Below, in pieces: positions 40,252 to 54,581 of a stretch of 64,000 nucleotides of DNA. The stretch is from the human T2T-CHM13v2.0 reference genome, Homo sapiens. Under the pieces are notes generated by a model, which did no database searches, was not told where the DNA came from, and saw only the letters and a program-made list of their open reading frames with translations. Numbering within the stretch: position 1 is the stretch's first letter; each line of letters opens with the position of its first letter. The stretch lies in the NCBI RefSeq assembly GCF_009914755.1, contig NC_060947.1; one strand, given 5' to 3'. Position numbers and translations under genes: made by a program.

Positions 40252-43200
40252 GGGGCGGGGCCAAGATTGCCTACTAGAAGCAGTGTGTTCTGAGGCTCCC
40301 ATGGAAAACAACAACAACAACAAAAACAAACAAACAAACAAAACACATAATAAGCATGTGAATCCTTTACCGGCAACCAAGGTATCCAGGTTCTATCATC
40401 AAAACTGACTAGAAGGCTGGTGTGACCCACGGAGAAGGAAGATCAATGTGGTGCAGCGGCCCACCTGAGAGCCACAAGAGCCACACAGGGAAGGGGATCC
40501 CCCTCCCCGCAGCCAAGAGAGGTGGTAGGTGAGCGTGCTACCCAGCCGGGGAAACCGTACTTTTCCCAAGTAACTGTGCAACCCATGGATCGGAATATCC
40601 CACTCATGAATCCATGCCACCAGGGCCTAGCATCCCAACCCCAGAACACACACATTCTTACAGCCTCTCAGCTAGAATCTGCTTAAGCCTACGGAACTCC
40701 TGGGGGGAGGGGCGACGAGCACTGGCTGCTGCTGCCTGCTATCTAAGCCCTTTGAGCTCTTTGGGGGTGGGGCAGCAGCCATCAGTGGGACTCGCAACTG
40801 CCTAACATACTAAGCTCCCTGGGCAGGGGAAGGGCAGCACCCATCTCTGTAGCCCCAGGCTGAGCTTTTCCCCTGCTGGAGCCAGGGAGGCTGGATGGCT
40901 TAGTCCCAAGACTTGTCCCCCACAGCCCAACACACAGGCTGTGGTAGTCTGAGGCCAGAGGACCTCTTCAGGCCTGAATCTGACCCATCCTTCCTCATTG
41001 GGTGTGGCTTCCCTGCAGGAACTCCAATAACTCTAGTCAGAGGCTCAGGGACAGAACCCAGATCTCCCTGGGCCTAAGTCCCTAGGGGGAGAGGTAGGCC
41101 CAGTCTCTGTGGACCAACAGACTTAGCCTTTCCTCCTGGTAGTTCTGAGGAATATGGGCAGCCCAGATGAGTGGATTTTCCCCCAGTGAGGCACACCCCC
41201 CTCCACCAAAGGACAAAGTGCTTCATTACATGGGTCCTGTCCCCCATGCCACCCAACTGGGTGAGACCCTCCAACGAGGTTGTCAGACACCCTATACAGG
41301 AGTGATCCTACCGGCATCAGGTTGGTGCCCCTTGAGGTCAGAGGTCCCAGAAAAAGAAGCAGGCACCCATGCCATCTGTGCTGTTCTCCAGCCTCCTTGA
41401 GTGACATCTCCAGGTGTGGGAGTGAATCAGATGAATAGGGCCTGAACTGAACCCCCAGCAAACGGCAGCAGCCCTACAGAAGAGGGACCTGACCATTGAC
41501 CGAAAAACAAACAAGTGGAAAGCAACAACAACAGCATCGACAACAGCAACAAAAAGCCCCCATAAAAACCCCATCCAAGGGTCAGAGCAAAGAGCAAAGC
41601 TAGACAAACTCATGAACATGAGAAAGAATCAGTGAAAAACTGCTGAAAGCCCAAAAGGCCAGAGTGCCTTTTCTCTTCCAAGTGGTCTCAATATCTGTCC
41701 ATCAAGGGCACAGAACTGGACAGAGGATCAGATGGACGAATTGACAGAAGTAGGCTTTAGAAGATGGGTAACAAAAAACAAAGATGAGCTAAAGGAACAT
41801 GTTCTAACCCAATGCAGAGAAGCTAAGAACATTGGTAAAAGGTTAGAGGAATAGGCTGGGCACGGTGGCTCACGCTTGTAAGCCCAGCACTCTGGGAGGT
41901 CGAGGCGGGCGGATCACGAGGTCAGGAGATCAAGACCATCCTGGCTAACACAGTGAAACCCCGTCTCCACTAAAAATACAAAAAAAAAAAAAAACTAGCT
42001 GGGCATGGTGACAGGCACCTGTAGTCCCAGCTACTCAGGAGGCTGAGGCAGGAGAATGGCGTGAACCTGGGAGGCGGAGCTTGCAGTGAGCCGAGATCGC
42101 GCCACCCCACTCCAGCCTGGGTGAGAGCGAGACTCCATCTAAAAAAAAATAAAAGGTTAGAGGAATTGCTAACTATAATAACCAGTTTAGAGAGGAAGAT
42201 AAACGACCTGATGGAGCTGAAAAACACAGCATGAGAACTTCGGGAAGCATACACAAGTATTAACAGCTGAATCAACAGAGTGGAAGAAAGGATATAAGAG
42301 TGTGAAGACCACCTTACTGAAATAAGCCATGCAGACAAGACTTGAGAAAAAAAAAATGAAAAGGAATGAACAAAGCCTCCAGGAAATATAGGACTTCATA
42401 AAACACCAAACCTACAATTGATTGGAGTACCAGAAACAGACAGGGAGAATGTAAACAAGCTGGAAAATACACTTCAAGATACTATCCAGAACTTCCCCAA
42501 CCTAGCAAGACAGGCCAACATGCAAATTCAGGAAATACAGAGAACACCATTAAGATACTCAACAAGAAGATCAACCCAAGACAAATAATCATCAGATTCT
42601 CCAAGGTTGAAATGAAGAAAAAAATGTTAAGGGCAGCGAGAGAGAAAGACCAGGTCACCTACAAAGGAAAGCCCATCAGACTAACAGCAGAACTCTCACC
42701 AGAAACTCTACAAGCCAGAAGAGACTGGGGGCCAATATTCAACACTCTTAAAGAAAAGAATTTCCGACCCAGAATCTCATATCCAGCCAAGCTAAGCTTT
42801 GTAAGCAAAGGAGAAGTAAAATCCTTTCCAGACAAGCAAATGCTGATGGATATTGTTACTACCAGGCCTGCCCTGCAAAAGCTCCTGAAAGGAGCACTAA
42901 ATATTGAAAGGAAACACCTGTACCAGCCACTGCAAAAACATACCAAAATATAAAGACCAATGACACTACAAAGAAACTGCATCAACTAGGTGTGCAAAAT
43001 AACCATACAGCATCATGATGACAGGATCAAATTCACACATAAGAATACTAACTTTAAATGTAAATGGGTTAAATGCCACAATTAAAATACACAGACTGAA
43101 AAATTGGATATGCAGTCAAGACCCATGGGTGTGCTATATTCAGGAGACCCATCTTACATGCAAAGACACACACAGGCTCAAAATAAAGGGATGGAGGAAA

Positions 43201-46200
43201 ATTTACCAAGTAAATGGAAAGCAAAAAAAGAAAAAGCAGGGGTTGCAGTCCTAGTCTCTGACAAAACAGACTTTAAACCAGCAAAGATCAAAAAAGACAA
43301 AGAACAGCATTACATAATGGTAAAGGGAACAATTCAACAAGAAGAGCTAACTATTCTCAATATATATGCACCCAACACAGGAGCACCCAGATTCATAAAA
43401 CAAGTTCTTGGAGACCAACAAAGAGACTAGGAATCCCACACAATAATAGTGGGAGACTTTGACACCCCACTGTCAGTATTAGACAGATCAACAAGACAGA
43501 AAATTAACAAGGATATTCAGGACTTGAACTCAGCTCTGGATCAAGTGGACCTAGTAGATGTCTACAGAAATCTCCACCCCAAATCAGTAGATTGTACATT
43601 ATTCTCAGTGCCACATGGCACTTATTCTAAAATCACCCACATAATTGGAAGAAAAACACTCCTCAGCAAATGCAAAAGAACGGAAATCATAACAAACAGT
43701 CTCTCAGACCACAGTGCAATCAAATTAGAACTCAGGATTAAGAAACTCACTCAAAATCACACAATTTCATGGAGATTGAACAACCTGCTCCTGAATGACT
43801 CCTGGGTAAATAATAAAATTAAGGCAAAAATCAAGAAGTTCTTTGAAACCAATGAGAACAAAGAGACAATGTACCAGAATCTCTGGGGCACAGCTAAAGC
43901 AGTGTTAAGAGGGAAATTTATAGCACTAAATGCCCATATCAGAAAGCTAGAAAGATCTCAAATCAGCACCCTAACATCACAATTAAAAGAGCTAGAGAGG
44001 CAAGAGCAAACTAATCCAAAAGCTAGCAGAAGACAAGAAATAACTAAGAGCAGAGAAGAATTGAAGGAAACAGACACACAAAAAACCCTCCAAAAAAAAA
44101 TTCAATGAATCCAGGAGCTGGTTTTCTGAAAAAATTAACAAAATAGATAGACCACTAGCTAGACTAATAAGAAGAGAGAGAAGAATCAAATAGATACATT
44201 AAAAAATGATTAAGGGGATATCACCACTGACCCCACAGAAATATAAACTACCATCAGAGAATACTATAAACACTTCTACACAAATAAACTAGAAAATCTA
44301 GAAGAAATGGATAAATTCCTGGATGCATACACCCTACTGAGACTAAACCAAGAAGAAGCTGAATCCCTGTATAGACCAATAACAAGCTCTGAAACTGAGG
44401 CAGTAATTAATAACCTACCAACCTGAAAAAAAAAAAAGCCCAGGACTAGATAGACGGATTCACAGCTGAATTCTACCAGAAATACATAAAGGTGCTGGTA
44501 CCATTCCTTCTGAAATTATTCCAAACAATTGAAAAGGAGGGACTCCTCCCTAACTCATTTTATGAAGCCAGCTTCATCCTGATACAAAAACTGGGAAGAG
44601 ACAACAAAAAATGAAAACTTCAGGTCAATATCCCTGATGAACATTGATGTGAAAATACTCAATAAAACACTGGCAAACTGAATCCAGCAGCACATCAAAA
44701 AGCTTATCCACCACGATCAAGTCAGCTTTACCCCTGGGATGCAAGGCTGGTTCAACATATGCAAATCAATAAACATAATCCATCACACAAATAGAACCAA
44801 AGAGAAAAACTACATGATTATCTCAATAGATGTAGAAAAGGCCTTTGATAAAAGTCGACATTCCTTCATGTTAAAAACTCTCAGTAAACTAGGTACTGAT
44901 GGAACATATCTCAAAATAATAAGAGCCATTTATGACAAGTCACAGCCAATATCATATTGAATGGGCAAAAGCTGGAAGCATTCCCTTTGAAAACTGGTAC
45001 AAGACAAGGATGCCATCTCTCACCACTCCTATTCCACACTATATTGCAAGTTCTGGCAAGGGCAATCAGGCAAGAGAAAGAAATAAAGGGTATTCAAATA
45101 GGAAGAGAGGAAGTCAAGATGTTTCTGTTTCCAGATGAATTTATATTATATATATATATAATATAAAATCCAAATGATTTTATATTAATAAAACCCAATC
45201 ATCTTGGCCCAAAAACTTCTTGAACTGATAAGCAACTTGAGCAAAGTCACAGGATACAAAATCAATGTGGAAAAATCACAAGCCTTCCTTTATACCAACA
45301 ATAGGCAAGCAGAGCGCCAAATCATGAATGAACTCTGATTCACAATCACTACAAAGAGAATAAAATACCTAAGAATACAGCTAACAAGGGATGTGAAGGA
45401 CCTCTTCAAGGAGAACTACAAACCACTGCTCAAGGAAATAAGAGAGAACACAAACAAATGGGAAAACATTCCATCCTCATGGACAGGAAGAATCAATATC
45501 GTGAAAATGGCCATACAGCCCAAAGTAATTTACAGATTCAGTGTTATTCCCAAACTACCATTGACATTCTTCACAGGATTAGAAAAAACTATTTTAAATT
45601 TCATATCAAATCAAAGAAGACCCTGTATAGACAAGACAATCCTAAGCAAAAAGAACAAAGCTGGAGACATCACGCTGCCTGACTTCAAACTATACTACAA
45701 GGCTATGGAAACCAAAATGGCATGGTACTGGTATCAAAACAGACATATAGACCAATGGAGCAGAACAGAGACCTCAGAAATAATACCACACATCTACAAC
45801 CATCTGATCTTCAACAAACCTGACAAAAACAAGCAATGGGGAAAGGATGTCCTATTCAGTAAATGGTGCTGGGAAAACTGGCTAGCCATATGCAGAAAAC
45901 TGAACCTGGACCCCTTCCTTACACCTTATTCAAAAATTAACTCAAGATGGATTTAGACTTAAATGTAAAACCCAAAACCATAAAAACCCTAGAAGAAAAC
46001 CTAGGCAATGTCATTCAGGACATAGGCGTGTGCAAAGACTTCATGACAAAAACACCAAAAGCAATGGCAACAAAAGCCAAATTTGAAAATGGGATTTAAT
46101 TAAACTAAAGAGCTGCTGCACAGCAAAAGAAATTATCATCAGAGTGAACAGGCAACCTACAGAATGAGAAAATTTTGGCAGTCTACCGATCTGACAAAGT

Positions 46201-47060
46201 TCTAATAGCCAGAATTTACAAGGAACTTAAACATATTAGCAAGAAAAAAACAACCCCATCAAAAAGTGAGCAAATGATATGAACAGACACTTCTCAAAAG
46301 AAGACATTTACGTGGCCAAGAAACATATGAAAAAAAGCTCAACTTCACTGATCATCAGAGAAATGCAAATCAAAACCACAATGACATACCATCTCACGCC
46401 AGTCAGAATGGCAATTATTAAAAAGTCAAGAAACAATAGATGCTGCAAGGCTGTGGAGAAATTGGAACGCTTTTACACTGTTGGTGGGAATGTAAATTAG
46501 TTCAACCATTGTGGAAGACAGTATGGCAATTCCTCAAGGGTCTAGAACCGGAAATACCATTTGACCCAACAATCCCATTAATGGGTATATATCCAAAGGA
46601 ATAAAAATCATTCTACTATAAAGTCACATGCACACGTATGTTTATTGCAGCACTATTTACAATAGCAAAGACATGGAACCAACCCAAATGCCCATCAATG
46701 ATAGACTAAAGAAAATGTGGTACACATACACCATGGAATACTCTGCAGCCATAAAAAGGAATGAGATCATATCTTTTGCAGGGACATGGATGAAGCTGGA
46801 AGCCATCATCCTCAGCAAACTAACTCAGTAACAGAAAACGAAACAGCATATGTTCTCGCTTATAAGTGGGACTTGAACATTGAGAACATACGGACACAGA
46901 CAGGGGACACACGAGGGCCTGCTGGGGGGCAGGGGGCAAAGGGAGGGAATTTAGAGGACGGGTCAACTGGTGCAGCAAACCACCATGGCACACATATACC
47001 TTTGTAACAAATCTGCATGTTCTGCACATGTATCCCTTTTTTTTTTTAGAAGTAATTAAA
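40252..47060 (+). mobile_element. Full-length inactive L1PA (L1PA12-like 3' end)
   Basis: GC-rich 5' UTR, ORF1 fragments (42612..42953), ORF2 start MTGSNSHI.ILTLNVNGLN at about 43015, fragmented EN/RT, and 3' UTR. TSD-like AAAGATGCTGGGGAG / AAAAATGCTGGGGAG. Confidence 0.93.
41854..42150 (+). mobile_element. AluY inserted in L1 ORF1
   Basis: AluY diagnostics and TSD AAAAGGTTAGAGGAAT (41837-41852 and 42151-42166). Confidence 0.96.
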
Positions 47061-47069
47061 AAAAATGCT

Positions 47070-50000
47070 GGGGAGAAGGTGGAGCAAGATGGCTGGATAG
47101 AAAGCTGCCTGATTGCTCCCCCACCTTACCCACCACCACCAGCAAGGACACAAGGCTAACAACTATTTACACAGGAAAAAAAAAAAAAAACCACCTTCAT
47201 AAGAATCGAAAATCAGGTGAGTACATATAGTACCTTGTTTTAACTTCGTATCACTGAAAGAGGCACTGAAGAGATAGAAAAAGCAGTCCTGAATCGCCAA
47301 CACTACCCCTCCCCTACCCCAGCAATGACAGAGTGGTGCAGAGCTTCTCTGGGTGCTGGAAGAGAAACAACACAACAGTTTTGAGGCATTGAATTCAGTA
47401 CTGTCCTGTTACAGCAGAATGGAAAATTAGACCAAATAGAGCTGATGCTTCTCCACGGAGGGAGCATTTAAGCCAGCCCTAGCCAGAGGGGAATCACCCA
47501 TTCCAGAAGTCTGAACTTGAATGCCTACAGACCTCACCACCAAGGGCTACACCACTCTGTGTCTCCAAGTAAATGTGACAAGCACTCTAGGCCATAAGGA
47601 GTGAAACTCTTAGGGGAGAGGCCAGTCCTAGGGCTGAACTAGGGTCAAAAACAGTGGACTAGTCAGTAGGGGTGGGGGGACTCGACCTACTGAGACACGA
47701 GGAGTTAGGGCAGCCAAGAAGTGCTGATATCATCCCTCCCCTACCCCCAAGATGCACAGTCATGGCTACAAAACAGACTCCTTTCTTCATTCGAGAAGAG
47801 GAGAGGGAAGCGTGGGTAGGACTTTGTCTTACATCTGGGATACCAGCTCAGCCACAGCAGTAAAGGGCACCAGTCAGAGCTGTGAGGCCCCCATTGCAGA
47901 CCCTAGCTCCTGGAGAACATTTATAGACATAACCTGGGCCAGTAAAGAACCCACTGCCTTGAAGAAAAGGACCCAGTCCTGGCAGCATTCATCACCTACT
48001 AACTGAAGAGACCTTGGGCCATGAATAACCAGTAGTGATACCCAGGTACCACATCAAAGGCCTTGGGTGAGCCTCTGACATCTGCTGGCTCCAGGTACCA
48101 GCACAGCCACAGTGGGGTAGAGCACCAAGTCGGCTCTTGATGTCCCTGATTCCAGGACTTGATGCTTAAATGGCATTTCTGGACCTGCCCTGAGCCAGAA
48201 TGTAGCTCACTTCCCTGAAGGGTGAGTTCCAGGCCAGGCAGCATTCACAACATGCTGACTTACAAGACCACGGGCCTTAGGGGGACATCAGTGGTAGTCT
48301 GGCAGTACTCCTCATGGCCGGGGGTGGTGGTGGCTACAGGGTAAGGCTCCTCTGAGGGAAGAAAGGGAAGAATTGCGTCTTGCGGTTGAAGTGCCAGCTC
48401 AGCTGCAATATAATAGAATACCAGGTAGATGTCTAAGGTTTTTGACTCTAGTCTCTGACTCCCTGACATCACTTATGGACCCTCCCAAAGCCTGGGGGAC
48501 TTTGATGTCCTGAAGGGAAGGACACACCACACGCCTGGCTGGCTTTGCTACCTGCTGATTGTAGAGCCCCAGGGCCTTGAATGAACAGAGGCAGTAGTCA
48601 GGGAGTGGTTACAGCAGGCCTTGAGCAAGACCCAGAACTTTGCTGGCTTCAGGTCTCACCCAGTACAGTCCTAGTGGTAGTAGTGGCCACAGGGTGCCTG
48701 GGTCACTCCACCCCCAGCTTTAAGTGGCACAGAACAGACAGAGAGAGACTCTGTATGTTTGGGAGAAATTAACAGAAGAGAATAGGAGTCTCTGCCTGGT
48801 AATCCAGAGAATTCACTTGGATCTTGTGCAAAACCATCAAAGTGATACTTCTATGAGTCTGTAAGAACCACAGTGTTATTGGGCTTGGCATGCCCCACTA
48901 AAGCAGATACAGGTTAGATCACAATCCCAAGTCCTTTCAAATATCTAGAAAGCCTTCCCAAGAAGGATGGCTACAAATAAGCCCAGACGGTGAAGACTAT
49001 GATAAATACCTACTCTTCAATGCCCAGACACTGAAGAACCTTTATTTTACTAGCATCAACACCATCCAGGAAAACATGATCTCACCAAACGAACTAAATA
49101 AGGCACCAGGGACCAGTCCTAGAGAAAAAGAGATATGTGACGTTTCAGGAAGATAATTCAAAATGGCTGTTTGGAGGAAACTTCGAGAAATTCAGATAAC
49201 ACAAAGAATTAATTCAGAATTCTATCTGATACATTTGACAAAGACATTGAAATAATTAAAAAGAAGCAGAAATTCTGGAGCTGAAAAAAATGCCATTGTC
49301 ATACTGAAAAATGCATTATAATCCTTTAACAGAATGGATCAAGCAGAAGAAAGAATTAATGAGCTTGAAGATAGGCTGTTTGAAAATACATAGAGGAGAC
49401 AAAAGAAAAAAGAATAAAAAACAATGAAGCATGCCTACAAAATCTAGAAAATAGCATCAAAAGGGAAAATCTAAGAGATATTGGCCCTACAGAAGAGGTA
49501 GAGAAATAGGGGTAGAAAGTTTATTCAAAGAGATTAAACTTCCCAAACCTAGGGAAACATATCAATATCCAAGTACAAGAAGGTTATAGAACACCAAGCA
49601 GATGTAACCCAAAGAAGACTACCTTAAGGCATTTAACAATCAAAATCCCAAAGGTCAAGGAAAAAAGAAAGAATCGTAAAAGAAGCAAGAGAAAGGAAAC
49701 AAGTAACATACAACAGAGCTCAAATACATCTGACAGCAGACTTTTCAGTGGAAACCTTATAGGCCAGGAGAGAGTGACATGCCATATTTAAAGCGCTGAA
49801 GAAAAAAATATTTTACCCTAGAATAGTATATCTGACAAAAATATCTTTGAAACATGAAGGAGAAATAAAGAATTTCCTGGACAAACAAAAGCTGAGGGAT
49901 TTCATGAACATCAGACATGTCCTATAAGAAATGCTAAAGCAAGGACTTGAATCAGAAAGAAAAGAATATTAATGAGCAATAATCACCTGAAGCTACAAAA

Positions 50001-53000
50001 CTCATTGGTAACAGTAAGTACACAGAAAAACACAGAATATTATAACATTGTAACTATGGTGTGTAAACTACTCTTATCCCAAGTAGAAAGACTAAACAAT
50101 AAACCAATTAAAATAACTACAACAAAGTTTTTCAAGACATAGGAAGTACAATAAGATATAAATAGAAACAGCAAAAAGTTAAACAGCAGAGGAACAAAGT
50201 TAAGGTGTAAAGTTTTATTAGTTTATGTTTGATTGTTTATGCAAATAGTGTTAAGTTTTTATCAGGTTAAAATAATGGGTTATAAGATAGTATTTGCAAG
50301 CCTCATGGTAATCTCAAACCAAAAAACATACAATGGATACACCAAAAATAAAAAGCAAGAAACTAAATCGTATCACCAGAGAAAATCACCTTCACTAGAG
50401 GAAGACAGGAAGGAAAGAAGGAAGAAAAGGCCAGAAAACAAATATCAAAATGGCAGACGTCTTTACTTATCAATAATAACATTGAATATAAATGGACTAA
50501 ACTCTCACATCAAAAGACATAGACTGGTTGAATGGATGAAAAACAAGACCCATTGATCTGTTATCCTCAAAAAACATACTTCACCTATAAAAACACATAT
50601 AGACTGAAAATAAAGGGAGAGAAAAAGATATTCCATGCCAATGGAAAACAAGAGCAGGAATAGCTATATTTATATCAGGCAAAATAGATTTCAAGACAAA
50701 AACTATTAGAAAAGACAAAGAAGGTCAGCGTGTAATGATAAAGGGGTCAGTTCAGCTAGAGAATATGACAGTCTTAAATATATATGCCCCCAACACTGGA
50801 GCATCCAGATATATAAAGGAAAATCTATTAGAGCTAAAGAGAGAGTTCAGCCCCAATGTAATCATAGCTGGAGTCTTCAGCACCCCACTTTCAGCATTAA
50901 ACAGATCTTCCAGACAGAAAATCAACAAAGAAACATCAGACTTAATCTGCACTATAGACCAAATGTATACAATATATATTTACAAGACATTTTATCCAAG
51001 AGCTGCAGATCTAATATATATTTATAGAACATTTCATCCAAGAGCTGGGGAATACACCTTCTTTTCCTCAGAACATGGAATATTCTCAAGAATGAGCCAT
51101 ATGATAGGTCACAAAACAAGTCTTAAAACATTCAAAAAATTGAAAAATATCAAGCATCTTACCACAATTGAATAAAACTAGAAATTAATAATAGAGAAAT
51201 TTTGGAAACTATACAAATACATGGAAATTAAACAATATGCTCCTCAATGACTAATGGGTCAATAAAGAAATTAAGAAGGAAATTGAAAAATATCTGGAAA
51301 CAAATGTTAATGGAAATACAACATACCAAAACCTATGGGATACAGCAAAAGCAGTAGAAAAGGGAAGTTCATAGCTATAAGGGCCACATCAAAAAAGAAG
51401 AAAACCTTCAAATGAGAAAACGATACATCTTAGAAAATCTAGAAAGCCAGAGCAAACCAAGCCCAAAATTAATGGAAGAAAATAAATCAAAAGGTCTGAG
51501 CAGCAATAAATGAAATTGAAATGAAGAAAACAAGACAAAAGATCAATGAAACAAAAGTTGGTTTTCTGGAAAGTTAAACAAAATTAGCAAATCTTTAGCC
51601 AGACAAAGAAAGAAAGAATATACTAATAAATAAAATGAAAAATGAAAAAGAAGACATTATAACTGATACTACAGAAATTAAAGGATCATTAGTGGCTACT
51701 ATGAACAACTATATACCAATAAATTGGAAAATCTAGAAGAAATGGACAAATTCCTAGATACATACAACCTACCAAGATTGAACCAGGAAAAAATCCAAAA
51801 CCTGAACAGACAAATAACAAGTAATGAGATCAAAGCTGTAATAAAAAGTCTCCCAGAAAAGAAAAATCCAGGAGCTGCTGGCTTGACTGCTGAATCCAAC
51901 ATTAATACAAATCCTACTTAAACTTTTCTGGAAAATAGAAGATGAAGGAACACTTCCAAACTCATTCCACGAAGCCAGTATTACCCTGATACCAAAACCA
52001 GACAAAGACACATCAAAAAAAGAAAACTACAGGACATCATCTCTGAGGAATATTGATGCAAAAATCTCAACAAAATACTAGCAAACTGAATTCAACAAAC
52101 ATTAGAAAGATCATTCATCATGATCAAGTGGGATTTATTCCTGGGACGCAAGGATGGTTCAACATATGCAAATCAATCAGTGCGATCCATCATATCAACA
52201 GAATGAAGGACAAAAACCATATGATCATTTCAATTGATGCTGAAAAAGCATTTGATAAAATCCAGCATCCCTTCATGATAAAAACCCTTAAAAAACTGGT
52301 TATAGAAGGAACATATATCAACATAGTAAAAGCCATATATGAAAGACCCACAGCTAGTATCATACTGAATGAGGAAAAACTGAAAGCCTTTCCTCTAAGA
52401 TCTGGAACACAACAAGGATGCTCAGTGTCACTGCTGTTATTCAGCATAGTACTGGAAGTCCTACCTAGAGCAATCAGACAAGAGAAATAAAGGGCACATG
52501 GTTGAAAAGAAAAAAAAAATCAAATTATCTTTGTTTACAGATTATATGAGCTTATATTTGGAAATACCTAAATACTCCACAAGAAAACTATTAGAACTGA
52601 TAAACAAATTCAGTAAAGTTGTAGGATACAATATCAACATGCAAAATCAGTAGCATTTCCATATGCCCATAGCCACAATAGCCACACATAAAATTAAAAA
52701 GCTAGGAATTAAACAGAGAAAAGAAAGATCTCTTTAAAGAAAAGTATAAAACACTGATGAAAGAAATTGAAGAAATCACCAGAAAATGGAAAAATATTTC
52801 ATGTTCATAGATTGGAAAAATCAATATTGTTATTGGAAGAATTAATATTGTCCATGCCACTAAAGCAATCTACAGACTCAATGCAATCCCTACCAAACTA
52901 CCCATGACATTCTTCACAGGAATAGAAAGAGCATTCCTAAAATTTATGTGGAACCATAAAAGACCCAGAATAGCCAAAGCTATCCTAAGCAAAAAGAACA

Positions 53001-54581
53001 AAACTGGAGGAAGCACATTACCTTACTTCAAATTATACTACAGAGATACAGTAACCAAAAAAGCATGGTACTAGCATAAAGACAGACACATAGACCAATG
53101 GAACAGAATAGAGAACCCAGAAACAAGTCCACACACCTACAATGAACTCAGTTTTGATAAAGGTGTCAAGAACATACACTGGGGAAAACACAGTCTCTTC
53201 AATAAATGGTTCTGGGAAAACTGGATATCCATATGCACAAGAATGAAACTAGACCCTATCTCTCTCTCTCTCCATATACAAAAATCAAGTTAAGATGGAT
53301 TGAAGACTTAAATCTAAGACCTGAAACTGTGAAACTACTACAAGAAAACATTGGGAAAAATCTCCAAGATATTGGTCTGGGCAAAAATTTCTTGAACAAT
53401 ACCCCACAAGCACAGGCAACTAAAGCAAAAATGGACAAATAGGATCACATCAAGTTAAAAAGCTTCTGCACATCAAATGATACAATCAACAATGTTAAAA
53501 GACAACCTGCCGAGTGGGAGAAAATATTTGCAAACTACCCATCTCACAAGGGATTACTAACCAGAACATATAATGAGCTCAAACAACTCTAATGGAAAAA
53601 AAAAACTAATAATCCTATCATAAAATGGGGAAAAGATTTGAATAGACACTTCTCAAAAGACATACAAATGGCAAACAGGCATATGAAAAGGTGCCCAACA
53701 TCACTGATCATCAGAGAACTGCGAATCAAAACGACAATCAGATATCATCTCACCACAGTTACAATGACTTATATACAAAAGACAGGCAATAACAAAAGCT
53801 GGCAAGGATGTGGAGAAAAGGGAACCTTTGTACACTGTTGGTGGGAATGTAAATTAGTACAACCACTATGGACAATGGTTTGGAGGTACCTCAAAAACAA
53901 AAATTGAGGTACCATATGATCCAGCAATCCCACTGCTGGTATATACCCAAAAGAAAGGAAATCAGTATATGGAAGAGATACCTGCACTCCTATATTTGTT
54001 GCAGCACTTTACAATTGCTAAGATTTGGAAGCAACCCAAGTGTTCGTCAACAGATGAATGGATAAAGATGTGGTACATATACTCAATGGAGTAATATTCA
54101 GCCATAAAAAAGAATGAGATCCAGTGATTTGCAATAACCTGGATAGAACTGGAGATCATTGTGATAAATTAAATAAGCCAGACCCAGAAAGACCAACATC
54201 ACATGTTCTCACTTATTTGTGGGATCTAAAAATCAAAACAATTGAACTCATGGAGATAGACAGTAGAAGGATGGTTACTGGAGGCCGGGAAGGGTAGTGA
54301 GGGTATGGGGGTGGGGATGGTTTATGGGTACAAAAAATAGAAAGAAAGTAGAAGACCTACTATTTGATAGCACAATAGGGTGACTATAGTCAATATTAAT
54401 TGTACATTTTAAAATCTTAAAGAGTATACTTGGATAGTTTGTTACTCAAAGGATAAATGCTTGAGGGGATGGATACCCCATTCTCCATGATGTGCTTATT
54501 GTATATTGCATGTCTGGATCAAAACATCTCAGGTACCCCATAAGTATGTATATCTACTATGTACCCACAAATTTTTTTTAA
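47070..54581 (+). mobile_element. Full-length inactive older L1 (L1MA1-3-like 3' end)
   Basis: 5' 'ggtggagcaagatggctggatag', a long 5' UTR, ORF1 remnants (about 49000-49970), ORF2 fragments (50735..51175, 52053..52490), and 3' UTR 'gataaatgcttgaggggatggatacccc'. Confidence 0.92.

Noticed and set aside
40252-54581. Retrotransposition-competent L1s
   Set aside because: ORF1 and ORF2 are broken into short pieces by stops and frameshifts, and an AluY interrupts ORF1 of the first element.
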